Source: Alphaproteobacteria bacterium
GTDB lineage: Bacteria > Pseudomonadota > Alphaproteobacteria > UBA828
DNA length: 64,000 nt
Direction: 5' to 3'
NCBI GenBank assembly: GCA_963422645.2
Contig: CAXXVO010000015.1
Location: 32,001 to 96,000 of the forward strand
Translations under genes and position numbers: made by a program
The notes under the pieces: model-generated
Database searches by the model: none
What the model was told of the DNA's origin: nothing
What the model saw: only the letters and a program-made list of their open reading frames with translations
Shown here: piece by piece, positions 28,862 to 38,740 of the stretch
Position numbering within the stretch: position 1 is the first letter of the stretch
How the letters are laid out: every line of letters begins with the position of its first letter

Positions 28862-30298
28862 CTACCCTGCTCCCGACAGCGCCCCGCCTTCGCGCTGCCA
28901 GAGCGCGTGCGTGAGGATTCCCACCGAGCCTTCGACCGCCTCCATCGCGTCGAGGATCAGGTCTTCGCGATAGCGGCGGCCGATGATCTGCACCCCCGCA
29001 GGCAGCCCGTCCGCGAAGCCGATGGGCACCACCCCTGCCGGCAAGCCGAGGTAATTGACCCCGGTGCTGTAGACGGCGGCCTCGAAGAGGTCCCTCATCT
29101 GGTCGAACCCCTGCGCGTCATAATCCCACGGGTAGAGCGAGCGCATCATGAACGGACACAGCACCAGGGGATACCGGTCGAGAAAGACATTCCACTCGCG
29201 GGTGAGCGCGGTGCGGTCGGCGATGCCCTGACGGTAGCCGACCGGATCGACCGGATTCCCGATTCGTTGGAATTTCTCGAATATGGTCTGGATGGTCTCG
29301 CTGCCGTGCTCGCGCGCGATTGGGCCAAGGAAGTGGATGATCTCGCTTCCGAGCACGTCGAACCAGGCTCGCGCCGCCTTCATGATCGAGGGGGACGCCA
29401 CGCGCTCGACGGCGTAGCCCGCATCGCTCAGCACGTCCGCAGCCCGCTCGATACTGGCAAGGATCTCGGGATTGACGGGATAGCCGTGGCTCTCGCATGT
29501 GACTGCGACCTTGATCGGCGGTTCCAGCGCGGGTCCGTCGAAGGGGACCGGCACCCACCACGGATCGCGCGGATCGCCGCCCGCGAGCACCCGCGTTGCG
29601 AGCCGCACGTCCCGCACCTCGCGGCAGATAGCGCCCTGGACGGACATGAGCTGGGCGAGCAGGCCGCGTTCGGCCGCCGCACTCGGGTTGTACGCGGGCA
29701 CCCGCCCCAGGGTCGGCTTCACCGTCGCCAGCCCGCAGGCGAACGCAGGAAAGCGCAGCGACCCGCCGATGTCGTTGCCGTGGTGGATCGGCCCGAAGCC
29801 CATCGCAGCCGCCGCCGACGCCCCGCCGGACGACCCGCCCGGCGATGCGTCGGCATCCCAGGGATTGAGGGTCCGGCCGCGCAGCGGGTTGTCCGTGGTC
29901 GCCCTCATCGAGAGCTCGGGCGTATTGGTGCGCCCCACGATGACCGCGCCGGCATCGAGCAGGCTGCGCGCCACCGGCGAGTGGTCCGGCGCGATGACGT
30001 CCGCGTACGCGGGCAGCCCGTTCGTGGTCGCCTGACCGGCAACGTCGATATTCTCCTTGATGGTGACAGGCACCCCGTGCAGCGGCCCGAGGGCGGCACC
30101 CTCGGCGGCTTCCCGATCCTTCCGCTCGGCGGCACGCATGGCCTCGTCCGAGCAGTCGACCACGATCGCGTTGATGCGCCCGTTGTGCTCGGCGATGCGG
30201 CCCAGCACCGATTCAGTCACCTCGACGCAGGACACCTCCCGCGCGCGGATCATCGCGGCGAGATCGACTGCGCTTCGGCTCCACAAGTCCTGGTTCAT
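28862..30298 (-). CDS. Amidase signature family protein
   Basis: GPLHGVPVTIKE, PGGSSGG, GNDIGGSLR. Confidence 0.93.
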   Translation of the reverse strand: MNQDLWSRSAVDLAAMIRAREVSCVEVTESVLGRIAEHNGRINAIVVDCSDEAMRAAERKDREAAEGAALGPLHGVPVTIKENIDVAGQATTNGLPAYADVIAPDHSPVARSLLDAGAVIVGRTNTPELSMRATTDNPLRGRTLNPWDADASPGGSSGGASAAAAMGFGPIHHGNDIGGSLRFPAFACGLATVKPTLGRVPAYNPSAAAERGLLAQLMSVQGAICREVRDVRLATRVLAGGDPRDPWWVPVPFDGPALEPPIKVAVTCESHGYPVNPEILASIERAADVLSDAGYAVERVASPSIMKAARAWFDVLGSEIIHFLGPIAREHGSETIQTIFEKFQRIGNPVDPVGYRQGIADRTALTREWNVFLDRYPLVLCPFMMRSLYPWDYDAQGFDQMRDLFEAAVYSTGVNYLGLPAGVVPIGFADGLPAGVQIIGRRYREDLILDAMEAVEGSVGILTHALWQREGGALSGAG

Positions 30299-30387
30299 CG
30301 CGCCTGCTGCCGTTCTGGTGGAGTGGGATGCACTCTTGGACCGTCCAAGTTTCGACGGCACGCGGGATCGGCAAAAAGCCGCCGGGT

Positions 30388-31248
30388 TCAGCCGGTCGCG
30401 CGGCGGGGTTCCTCTTCTGAGGCGAGCGGCGGCAGGAAGTCTCGGTCGTGCGCCAGCGCCGGAATGGCGGCCCGCACCTCATCCACGCGCGCAAGCTCCA
30501 GATCGGCCGTGATGATGCCGACCCCCTCGCCGGCGTCGGCGAGCACCTCGCCCCAGGGATCGACGATCAGCGAATGGCCGTAGGTCTTGCGGTCGCCGGA
30601 GTGGCTGCCCCACATGCAGGGCGCAATGACGAAGCAGCCGGTCTCGATGGCGCGCGCCCGCATCAGAATGTGCCAGTGCGCCTCACCGGTGTGCTTGGTG
30701 AAGGCCGCAGGCACGGTGATCAGCCGCGCGCCAGCGTGGGTCAGCGCGCGATAGAGCTGCGGAAAGCGCAGGTCATAGCAGACGGTCATGCCGAGCCCGC
30801 CCCAGGGCGTTTCCGCCACCACCGCCTGCCCGCCGGGGCGGAAGGCATCGCTCTCCCGGTAGACCTCGCCGTTGGGCAGATCCACGTCGAACATGTGGAT
30901 CTTGTCGTAGGTTGCGACGATGGTGCCTGCCGGGTCGATCAGCACGGAGCGGTTGGAAATGCGGCCGTCGCCGGCGTCCGTTCCCATCGAGCCTGCGAGC
31001 AGCCAGACGCCGGTCTCCTCCGCGAGCGCGCTGAAGAACCGGGCCGCCGGATGGGCGTCGAGCGGCGCGGCGTTCGCGTGCACCAGCTCCGTCCGGTGCT
31101 CCATGAGGGCGACGTTTTCGGGCAGCGCGATCAGCTCCGCGCCGGCGGCACGGGCCTCGCGCACCAGGGCGCCGGCCGCGTCGAGATTGGCCTGCAGGTC
31201 CTGGCCGCTGGAGGGCTGAACGCAGGCGACCCGAAGGGTTTCGGTCAT
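30388..31248 (-). CDS. Carbon-nitrogen hydrolase (Nit1-like)
   Basis: LPEN, YDKIHMFD, CYDLRFP, RARAIE, GHSLIVDPWG. Confidence 0.93.
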   Translation of the reverse strand: MTETLRVACVQPSSGQDLQANLDAAGALVREARAAGAELIALPENVALMEHRTELVHANAAPLDAHPAARFFSALAEETGVWLLAGSMGTDAGDGRISNRSVLIDPAGTIVATYDKIHMFDVDLPNGEVYRESDAFRPGGQAVVAETPWGGLGMTVCYDLRFPQLYRALTHAGARLITVPAAFTKHTGEAHWHILMRARAIETGCFVIAPCMWGSHSGDRKTYGHSLIVDPWGEVLADAGEGVGIITADLELARVDEVRAAIPALAHDRDFLPPLASEEEPRRATG

Positions 31249-31279
31249 GGTGTCCCCCAAGTCTCGGTGCAGGCCGGCA

Positions 31280-32047
31280 TCATGGACGGCTCCGCAAGGC
31301 GCGCGCAAGAGTGACCACATCGACCCGCTCGGCGCCGGCCTTGATCAGCGCGCGGGCACAGGCCGAGACGGTGGCACCGGTGGTCATGACGTCGTCCACC
31401 AGGAGAACGTTACGCCCGGTCACGAGAGACGCGCGCGCCCGCCGCACCGCGAACGCGCCCCGCACGTTGCGCCGCCGTTCCAAGCGCGAGAGCCGGGTCT
31501 GCGTCGCCGTCCGCCGGGTTCGAATCAAGAGGTCCGGGACCATGATTGCATCCGCCTGGCGCGCCATGAGCCGGGCGAGCACCGCCGCCTGGTTGAAACG
31601 CCGCGCCAGCAGCCGCCAGCGATGGAGCGGCACCGGCACCACCACGTCCGCCTCGGGCAGCAGCGGTGCCGCCGCGCGCTGCAGCCACGTGGCCAGTCTG
31701 GGCGCGAGCCACGAGCGGTCGGCCATCTTGAAGGCGAGGATCAGCTGGCGCCCCGCCCCTTCGTAGAGGAACGCCGCGCGCGCCCGGTCGAAGACCGGCG
31801 GCACGCGGGCGCACTCGCCGCAGATCGCGTCCGGGGCCGCCTCGATCGCAAAGGGCAGGCCACATCGCGCGCAGCAGGGCCGGCCGATGAAGCTGATGCG
31901 GTTCCAGCAGTCGGGGCAAAGCCCACCGGCCGCGCTGACCGGCGCATCGCAGGCGAGGCACGAGGGCGGTAATACTTGGTCGATGGCACCCGTCGCGGCC
32001 GCCCGCGCCAGCGCCGCCAATGCCCCCCCGTGCGCGCCGCCCAGCAT
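31280..32047 (-). CDS. comF: ComF family protein
   Basis: CxxC zinc ribbons, VPVPLH, RRFNQA, LLVDDVMTTGAT. Confidence 0.9.
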   Translation of the reverse strand: MLGGAHGGALAALARAAATGAIDQVLPPSCLACDAPVSAAGGLCPDCWNRISFIGRPCCARCGLPFAIEAAPDAICGECARVPPVFDRARAAFLYEGAGRQLILAFKMADRSWLAPRLATWLQRAAAPLLPEADVVVPVPLHRWRLLARRFNQAAVLARLMARQADAIMVPDLLIRTRRTATQTRLSRLERRRNVRGAFAVRRARASLVTGRNVLLVDDVMTTGATVSACARALIKAGAERVDVVTLARALRSRP

Positions 32048-32103
32048 CGCCCCAACTCCGCCTGCGCTTCCCGCCTTCCGTCCATCATGCCATAACCGGC
32101 TGC

Positions 32104-33009
32104 ATGACCCAGCGCGCGCCTCAGCCCGACGGCGCCGCGGTCTTCGACCGTGCCGCCTTGCGCGCCCACCGCAACCGCGCCGCTGCCGGCTTCGCAGAGC
32201 GGGGCGACTTTTTGGTTCGCGAGGTGGGCGAACGGCTTGTGGGCCGGCTCGACGACGTGAAGCGCCGCTTCGCCTGCGTCCTCGATCTCGGCTGCCATGG
32301 CGGACAATTGGGACCGCTGCTGCGCCGGCAAGCCGCGTCCGATCTGCTGATCGAGGCCGACCTCTCGCTCGCCATGGTCACGCACGCTGCGGGCCCCGCG
32401 CGCCTTGTCGCCGACGAGGAGTGGCTGCCGATCCGCGCGGACTCGCTCGATCTCGTCGTGAGCGCGCTCAGCCTGCATTGGGTAAACGATCTGCCGGGCG
32501 CGCTGGTCCAAATCAGGCGGGCGCTCAAGCCGGACGGCCTGCTGCTCGCGGCGATGCTTGGCGGCGAGACCCTGTTCGAGCTGCGCGAGGCGTTCCTGCA
32601 GGCGGAAGCGGGGCAGGAAGGCGGTGCGCGGCCGCACGTCTCGCCTTTCCCCGATGTTCAGACCCTCGGCGCCCTGCTGCAGCGGACCGGCTTCGCGCTG
32701 CCGGTGATCGACAGCGACCGCATCACGGTCACCTACGAGAGCACCGAGGCGCTGATGCACGATCTGCGGGCCATGGGCGAGGCCAACGCGACCCGTGGGC
32801 GGGCGCGGCACTTCGCCAGGCGCAGCACCTTCCATGCGGTGGCCGCCTGCTACCGGGAACTGTTCGGCGACGCGGACGGTCGAATTCCGGCGACCTTCCA
32901 GGTGCTCTACCTCACCGGCTGGTGCCCGCACGACTCTCAACAGCAGCCCGCGCGGCGAGGCAGCGGCAGCGTGCGCCTGACGGAGGCGCTCAGACCCGAT
33001 ACACCGTAG
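32104..33009 (+). CDS. SAM-dependent methyltransferase (BioC/NDUFAF5-like)
   Basis: LDLGCHGG, LHWVNDLPG, LMHDLRAMGE; divergent from comF. Confidence 0.88.
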   Translation: MTQRAPQPDGAAVFDRAALRAHRNRAAAGFAERGDFLVREVGERLVGRLDDVKRRFACVLDLGCHGGQLGPLLRRQAASDLLIEADLSLAMVTHAAGPARLVADEEWLPIRADSLDLVVSALSLHWVNDLPGALVQIRRALKPDGLLLAAMLGGETLFELREAFLQAEAGQEGGARPHVSPFPDVQTLGALLQRTGFALPVIDSDRITVTYESTEALMHDLRAMGEANATRGRARHFARRSTFHAVAACYRELFGDADGRIPATFQVLYLTGWCPHDSQQQPARRGSGSVRLTEALRPDTP

Positions 33010-33018
33010 CCGGCACGT

Positions 33019-33681
33019 TCAGCCCGCGCGCGCGATCGGACCGATCACGCCCTCGATCGCCCGGGCGCTCACGACGCCCGCGCGGAGCAGGCGGGGAACG
33101 TCCCCGGTGAGGTCGAGCAGGGTGGACCCCAGATTATCGGTGGCCCGTCCGCCGTCGATGATCAGCGCGACGTGCGCTCCGAGCCCGGCCGCAACCTCGG
33201 CGGCGGTGAGCGGGCTCGGCGCACCCGAGGGGTTGGCGCTCGGCGCCGTCAACGGCCGCCCGGCGGCCTCGACCACGGCACACGCGGTCTCGTTGCAGGG
33301 AATCCGCAGCGAGACGCCGGGCGCCCCCTGGTGAACCAAAGGAGAGAGCGGCGACCCCGCAGCGCGCGGCACCACAAGGGTCAACGGGCCGGGCCAGAAG
33401 ACCTCGGCGAGCGCCAGGGCCCGCGCGGAGAACGTCCCACAAGTCTCGGCCATCGCCATTGTGGCGACGAGGGCGATGAGCGGCTTCTCGGCCGGCCTGC
33501 CCTTGGCGCGAAAGACGCCTGCCACGGCCGCATCGCTGGTGGAATCGGCGGCGAGGCCGTAGACCGTATCGGTCGGCAGCCCGACAAGCCCGCCGTCACG
33601 GATGACCCGCGCGGCTCGCGTGAAGGCCGCCGGCGTCGGCGCCAGGCATGGCGGGTCAATTTTGGCGTCGGGGGGTGTCAT
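33019..33681 (-). CDS. tsaC: L-threonylcarbamoyladenylate synthase (TsaC/Sua5)
   Basis: PTDTVYGL, KGRP, FWPGPLT, APSANPSG. Confidence 0.92.
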   Translation of the reverse strand: MTPPDAKIDPPCLAPTPAAFTRAARVIRDGGLVGLPTDTVYGLAADSTSDAAVAGVFRAKGRPAEKPLIALVATMAMAETCGTFSARALALAEVFWPGPLTLVVPRAAGSPLSPLVHQGAPGVSLRIPCNETACAVVEAAGRPLTAPSANPSGAPSPLTAAEVAAGLGAHVALIIDGGRATDNLGSTLLDLTGDVPRLLRAGVVSARAIEGVIGPIARAG

Positions 33682-34469
33682 CGGGCCGCATCCACGCCGC
33701 AGGCAACGAATGGCGGGTTGACGAACCCTGCCTTGCCGTAGCGCAGCTCACGGCCGTTCAGGTCGCGGACATGGCCGCCGGCCGCTTCCAGGACCGCCTG
33801 GCCCGCGGCGGTGTCCCACTCCATGGTACGCCCGAAACGGGGGTAGACGTCGGCCTCGCCCCGCGCCAGAAGACCGAACTTGAGGGCGCTCCCGGCGCTC
33901 TCGATCCGTTCGGGCCTGAGCGTCGCTATGTACGCATCGGTCTCCGCGTCGCGGTGCAAGCGACTGGCGACGACGGCCGGGCCCTCGCCGGGCACCGCCC
34001 GCGCGCTGATTGGCCGGGGCACCCCGTTGCCCACGACGCGCACCGCCTGCCCCAGCCCGTCGGCGACGTAGGATTCGCCCTGGACCGGGGCGTGGAGCAC
34101 GCCGAGCACCGGCCGGCCATCCTCGATCAAGGCGATATTGACCGCGAACTCGCCGGTGTGCGCGATGAACTCCCGGGTGCCGTCCAGAGGATCCACGAGC
34201 CAGAAACGCCCGCCGGGGGGAGCTGCAAGATCGTCGTTAGCCGTGCCCTCCTCCGAAATCACGGGGATTTGCGGATCGGCCGCGCGCAGGCCCGCGACGA
34301 TGAGGCGATCCGCCGCCCGGTCCGCGCCAGTCACCGGCGAGCGATCCGCCTTGGTTTCGACCGTCGTGCCGTCGCGGTAGAAGGCCATGATGGTGCGCCC
34401 GGCCTCCAGCGCCAGACGCCGGGCCGCTGCCGCCAATCGTGGATAATCCTCGCTCTTTGTGCCCGGCAT
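33678..34469 (-). CDS. cysQ: 3'(2'),5'-bisphosphate nucleotidase
   Basis: KADRSPVT, LVDPLDGTREF, EWDTAAG. Confidence 0.92.
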   Translation of the reverse strand: MPGTKSEDYPRLAAAARRLALEAGRTIMAFYRDGTTVETKADRSPVTGADRAADRLIVAGLRAADPQIPVISEEGTANDDLAAPPGGRFWLVDPLDGTREFIAHTGEFAVNIALIEDGRPVLGVLHAPVQGESYVADGLGQAVRVVGNGVPRPISARAVPGEGPAVVASRLHRDAETDAYIATLRPERIESAGSALKFGLLARGEADVYPRFGRTMEWDTAAGQAVLEAAGGHVRDLNGRELRYGKAGFVNPPFVACGVDAAR

Positions 34470-34639
34470 AGGCCTTTCCCGGCGTTCACATTATCGTCAA
34501 CAAGGCGAAATCGCTTTTGCCCGCTGCCGATATACACCACAATGGCATGGGCTTGGCGCAGCATGGGCATTCGAAGCAGCGGCGCGAAGTCCCAACTCAA
34601 ACCAACCAAAATCGCGTCTGCGAGGAGGAGATACCGAGA

Positions 34640-34864
34640 ATGATCAAGGAAACCGTGGTCGCCGTGAGTATCGTCACCATGGCGGCCGGCGCCGCTCTCG
34701 CGCCGTCGGCCGTGTCCGCTGGCAGCCAGCCACTCGTGCTCGCGGACTCGCACGATGCCTGCGAAGATGATCCGTGCAACCCCTGTCCGGACCCGTGTGG
34801 CGGCTGTAACCCGTGTGGAGCCTGCAACCCCTGTGGCGGTTGCAACCCCTGCGCTGGCGACTAA
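34640..34864 (+). CDS. Small exported Cys-rich peptide with CNPC repeats (74 aa, 10 Cys)
   Basis: RBS GAGGAGGAG, signal-peptide-like N-terminus, C-terminal CNPCGxCNPC repeats, own terminator. Confidence 0.8.
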   Translation: MIKETVVAVSIVTMAAGAALAPSAVSAGSQPLVLADSHDACEDDPCNPCPDPCGGCNPCGACNPCGGCNPCAGD

Positions 34865-34892
34865 GCCGAACAGCACACTTGACCTTACCCAA

Positions 34893-34927
34893 GGGCGCCG
34901 CCTCGCGAGAGGCGGCGTTCTTTATTT
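34893..34927 (+). terminator. Rho-independent terminator
   Basis: GCGCCGCCTC-GCGA-GAGGCGGCGT hairpin then TCTTTATTT. Confidence 0.8.
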
Positions 34928-34982
34928 CCGGGGTATCGCGTTGCGGCTCGTCGCGGGCGGGCGTCTCGACACGTGCGTGCCT

Positions 34983-35744
34983 TCAGCCTCGCGCGTCGAG
35001 AGCAGCCCTGACTGCGGCGATCTGCGCCTCGATGTCGACCTCGGCCTGTGAGACGACCTCGAGGCGACGATCCTCGAGCGTGTCCTTGCTCGGATTCTGG
35101 GTGGCCCAGTTCTCGATCACCTGATCCCGCGCCTTGAGCAGCAGGATGATCTGCGGCCAGAAGAGCCGCACCATGGCGACGACCCAGCGATTGGTCGGCC
35201 AGGACGGGCGGGCGTGGTCGATGACGTAGCGGCCGATCACCTTGGCGACGTCGTCGGCGCGATACCAGGTCTCGCCGGTGACCCAGCGGTTGGTGGTGAA
35301 GAGCCTGAGCGGCTCGCCCTTCGAACCCATCGAGATGGCGACCACGTGGGTGAGTGCATCATCCCCCATGGGCCACTTGTCGCGGCTCTTGCGGCGCATG
35401 GGCTTCATGCCGCGCGGCATCCCCTTGGCGCGCACGAAGGTGTGGAAGTGCCCGTGCTCCACGTCCCTGAAGCCGCCGGGATGGGCGTGGTAGAAATATT
35501 GGGAGTGGCTCTTGCCGTCGAAGACGTCCCCCTTCGGGTGATGATCCCACTCGTAGAACGTCCCGTACTCGCGCAGCAGTTCGCTCACCACGCTGTCGCC
35601 GGTCCTGCCGAGCACGCGCTGGATCTCGATCACTTCCTCGCCGGCGGCGAGCATCGTGCGCAGCCGCTTCACGGGCTGCGTCGCCATGTCGAGGTGGCGG
35701 GTTTCCTCCTGCCGCTCGTTCTTCGCCGCCGAAGCCTGGGCCAT
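34983..35744 (-). CDS. His-rich conserved hypothetical protein (DUF6969-like)
   Basis: WDHHPKGDVFD, YFYHAH, EHGHFHTF, LFTTNRWVTGETWY; family name from recall. Confidence 0.7.
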   Translation of the reverse strand: MAQASAAKNERQEETRHLDMATQPVKRLRTMLAAGEEVIEIQRVLGRTGDSVVSELLREYGTFYEWDHHPKGDVFDGKSHSQYFYHAHPGGFRDVEHGHFHTFVRAKGMPRGMKPMRRKSRDKWPMGDDALTHVVAISMGSKGEPLRLFTTNRWVTGETWYRADDVAKVIGRYVIDHARPSWPTNRWVVAMVRLFWPQIILLLKARDQVIENWATQNPSKDTLEDRRLEVVSQAEVDIEAQIAAVRAALDARG

Positions 35745-35844
35745 TCTGCCGCTCTGCCGCCTGTTCGCTGGCCGTGCCGTCAGGGAAAGATAGTGCTGGG
35801 GTTCCGCACTTGCCAGACCGGGCGTTCTCTTCCTTGCCCGTCTG

Positions 35845-36720
35845 CTATTCCCCCTCGCCCGGCTCGAGGACGAGGCGGAAGCCGACAAGGATGTGCTTGA
35901 TATCGGCCGGCCGGGCATGCCGCGCCGCAGGGCGGCAGACGCCGCAGCCGCTGTCGTCCCACGACCCGCCCTTGACCAGGAAACGCCCCGGATTGCCGGG
36001 CGAGGCGGTCCACTCGAAGACCATTCCCGCCGCATCGAGCAGGCCGTAGGGGCTCGCGCCGGCGGGAAAACTCCCGACCGGCACCGTGTCGAAGGGGCCG
36101 GCGTCGTGGCTGTTGAGCCGCGCCGGGTCGTAGGTATCGCCCCAGGGGAAGGCACGCCCGTCGGTGCCGCGCGCGGCCTTCTCCCATTCGAGCGCCGTCG
36201 GCAGGCGCCAGGTGTGCCCTGTCTCGGCCGAGAGCCAGGCCGCGTAAGCCGTGGCGTCGTCGTGCGAGACCATCACCACCGGATGGTCGTCGCGCCCCGG
36301 CGGCGGCTTTCCGTCCGTCCACGCGTGGCGGCGGGTGCGCTCATAGGGGTGGATCAGCCGATAGCCGCGCCAGGTCTCGACATCGACATCGGGCACGCGA
36401 TGGTTCGCGGCATCCACGAACGCCTGATATTGGGCGTTGGTGATCAGCGTGCGCGTGACGAAAAAGCGCTCCAGCGTCTTGGATCCGCGCGGGCGCTCGC
36501 GGTCGTACCAGCCGCGTTCCCGCGTTCGGGAGTGGCCGTAGGCCGCCTCGTCGAGCTGGTAGGCGTATTCGCGCTCAGCCGCGTCGGAGCCCGCGATGAA
36601 GGGGCCGGCCGGAACCTCCACGACCTCCGGCGCGATCGCGGTTTCGGCATGGGTGGCGCCCGCGAAGGCAGCGCCGGAGACCGCGAAGCATAGGGCGAGC
36701 AAGGTTCGAACGAGAATCAT
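35845..36720 (-). CDS. Exported FGE-sulfatase/SUMF1-domain protein
   Basis: Signal peptide, HPVVMVS, RLPTALEWEKAARG, KGGSW, CGVC, GFR. Confidence 0.88.
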   Translation of the reverse strand: MILVRTLLALCFAVSGAAFAGATHAETAIAPEVVEVPAGPFIAGSDAAEREYAYQLDEAAYGHSRTRERGWYDRERPRGSKTLERFFVTRTLITNAQYQAFVDAANHRVPDVDVETWRGYRLIHPYERTRRHAWTDGKPPPGRDDHPVVMVSHDDATAYAAWLSAETGHTWRLPTALEWEKAARGTDGRAFPWGDTYDPARLNSHDAGPFDTVPVGSFPAGASPYGLLDAAGMVFEWTASPGNPGRFLVKGGSWDDSGCGVCRPAARHARPADIKHILVGFRLVLEPGEGE

Positions 36721-36769
36721 CCCTGCAATCTATGCACGGACCGCCCGACGGAGGAATCACAAAAATTTG

Positions 36770-38657
36770 GTAACTGCCCAGGTCGTCTGATTTGTCATTT
36801 TGGGCCAGTGGATTGAGGCGTTTCTCGTTCGGAGTTGGTGGAAAGGGCTTGACGGGAATTTCGGGAAATGACTCAACAACGACATGAGCAATCCCGAGTC
36901 GCCGCGCGGCCCTTCGACGGGAGCAGCGCCCGAAACGCCCGCGCAGAAGATCGCCCGCCTGGAGGAGGAGAACGCCCGGCTTCGGGAGGAAAATGCCTGG
37001 CTTCGGCAGCAGAACGCGCGGCTGGAAGAGCAAGTCGCGCGTCTCGTCGAGCGCATCGAGGAGTTGGAGCGCCGTCTCGGCCTCAACAGCGGCAACAGCG
37101 GCAAGCCGCCTTCGAGCGATGGGCTGAGGAAGCCGAATTCGAAGCGGCGAACCCGAAGCCTGCGCGGCAAATCGGGCCGCAAGCCCGGTGGCCAGCCCGG
37201 CCACAAGGGCAAGACGCTGCGCCGCGCCGATCACCCGGATCGGGTGAAGGATCACGTCCCGGCTTCCTGCAAGGGATGCGGTTCGCCGCTTTCGGACGCG
37301 GCCAGGGCGGGAACGCCCGTCGCCCGCCAGGTGTTCGATCTGCCCGAGCCGAGCCCCCTGGAGGTGACCGAGCACCGGGCGCATGCCAAGTGCTGCGGGC
37401 ATTGCGGGACGGTGACCCGGGCGGCGTTCCCCGACGGGGTGTCGGCGCCGGTGCAGTACGGCCCGCGCATTGCCGGGGTGGCGGTCTACCTTCAGCACGC
37501 TCACTTCCTGCCGGAGGATCGGCTGTCGCAGGTGATGGCCGAGCTCTTCGGCGCGCCGGTGACGGCTGCGACGTTGGCGACGATGAGCGAGAGGGCGGCC
37601 GAGCGGCTGCGGGACGCGGCCTTGCACATACAGGACCTGGCGGCGGGCACGGCGCGGGTGAAACACATGGACGAGACCGGCTTGCGGATCGGCGGTCAGA
37701 CGCAGTGGCTTCATGTGATCTGCACGCCGCTGCTGGCGGCGTACCGGGTCAGCGGCAAGCGCGGCGCCCTGCTCTCGGGTGTCTCCGGCATCGTCGTGCA
37801 CGATCACTGGAAGCCGTACTTCGCGATGGAAGGGGTGGAGCACGGCCTGTGCAACGCCCATCACCTGCGGGAGTTGCAGGCGCTGGTGGACATCGAAGGG
37901 GAGGCTTGGGCCCGGCGGATGCAGCAGCTCCTGCGCCGAGCCAATCGCGCCGCCCGCATCGCGCTGGACAAGGATATCGCCGTTCCGGCGAGGCTTGTGG
38001 CGCTGATCGAGCGCCGATACGACGAGATCATCGCCGATGCGCTGGCCTTTCACGAGAGCCAACCACCGTTCTCGCCTGGCAAGAGGAAGAAGCGCCGGAA
38101 GCGAAGGATCGGTCACAATCTGGCCTTGAGGCTGCGCGACCACAAATGCGCGGTGCTCCGGTTCCTGATCGACCTCGAGGTCGGGTTCACGAACAACGAG
38201 GCCGAGCGCGACCTTCGGATGATGAAGCTGCGCCAGAAGATCTCCGGGGGCTTCCGGTCCGCGCAGGGGGCCGAGAACTTCGCCATCCTGCGCAGCGTCA
38301 TCACCACCGCCAGAAAGCAGGGCTGGAATATCATCGAAGCCCTGACCAGCCCATCGGATCGGCTCATCGCCACCGTCAAGTGCGCGTAAGCTCACCTGGC
38401 ACGGGTTCTCCAACAGCGGAGCCATTCTCATAAACGATCATGGTCGACGCCGTGCTGGACCACCCCATAGAATGAAAATCGGTGCCCGTCGCGCGGGCGG
38501 ACTTCGGGCCACATCGGGGTAGCTTACCGGTCGCAGTCCGCAAGAGGGGCATCGTGAGCTGTGAAACCCGGCGACCCCAGAGGAGCACACGGGCGTCGCG
38601 TGGGTAGCGTTGTGCCGAATCCCAGAGAATTTTCACAGCAAGAACCTGGGCAGTTAC
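36770..38657 (+). mobile_element. IS66-B, complete
   Basis: Both IRs; 8-bp TSD AAAATTTG. Confidence 0.96.
36884..38389 (+). CDS. tnpC: IS66 transposase
   Basis: Protein identical to 16508-18013. Confidence 0.93.
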   Translation: MSNPESPRGPSTGAAPETPAQKIARLEEENARLREENAWLRQQNARLEEQVARLVERIEELERRLGLNSGNSGKPPSSDGLRKPNSKRRTRSLRGKSGRKPGGQPGHKGKTLRRADHPDRVKDHVPASCKGCGSPLSDAARAGTPVARQVFDLPEPSPLEVTEHRAHAKCCGHCGTVTRAAFPDGVSAPVQYGPRIAGVAVYLQHAHFLPEDRLSQVMAELFGAPVTAATLATMSERAAERLRDAALHIQDLAAGTARVKHMDETGLRIGGQTQWLHVICTPLLAAYRVSGKRGALLSGVSGIVVHDHWKPYFAMEGVEHGLCNAHHLRELQALVDIEGEAWARRMQQLLRRANRAARIALDKDIAVPARLVALIERRYDEIIADALAFHESQPPFSPGKRKKRRKRRIGHNLALRLRDHKCAVLRFLIDLEVGFTNNEAERDLRMMKLRQKISGGFRSAQGAENFAILRSVITTARKQGWNIIEALTSPSDRLIATVKCA

Positions 38658-38740
38658 AAAATTTGAGTGGAAGGGGTTTGCCCGGCACGATGCGGTCGCC
38701 GACAATTCATAACGAACACGGTCATAAAGGGAGGCTCCAC

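Noticed and set aside
34543-34557. Sigma54-like TGGCATGGGCTTGGC upstream of the CNPC peptide
   Set aside because: GG/GC spacing fits but the -12 box deviates, and no matching site was found before the large CxPC gene.
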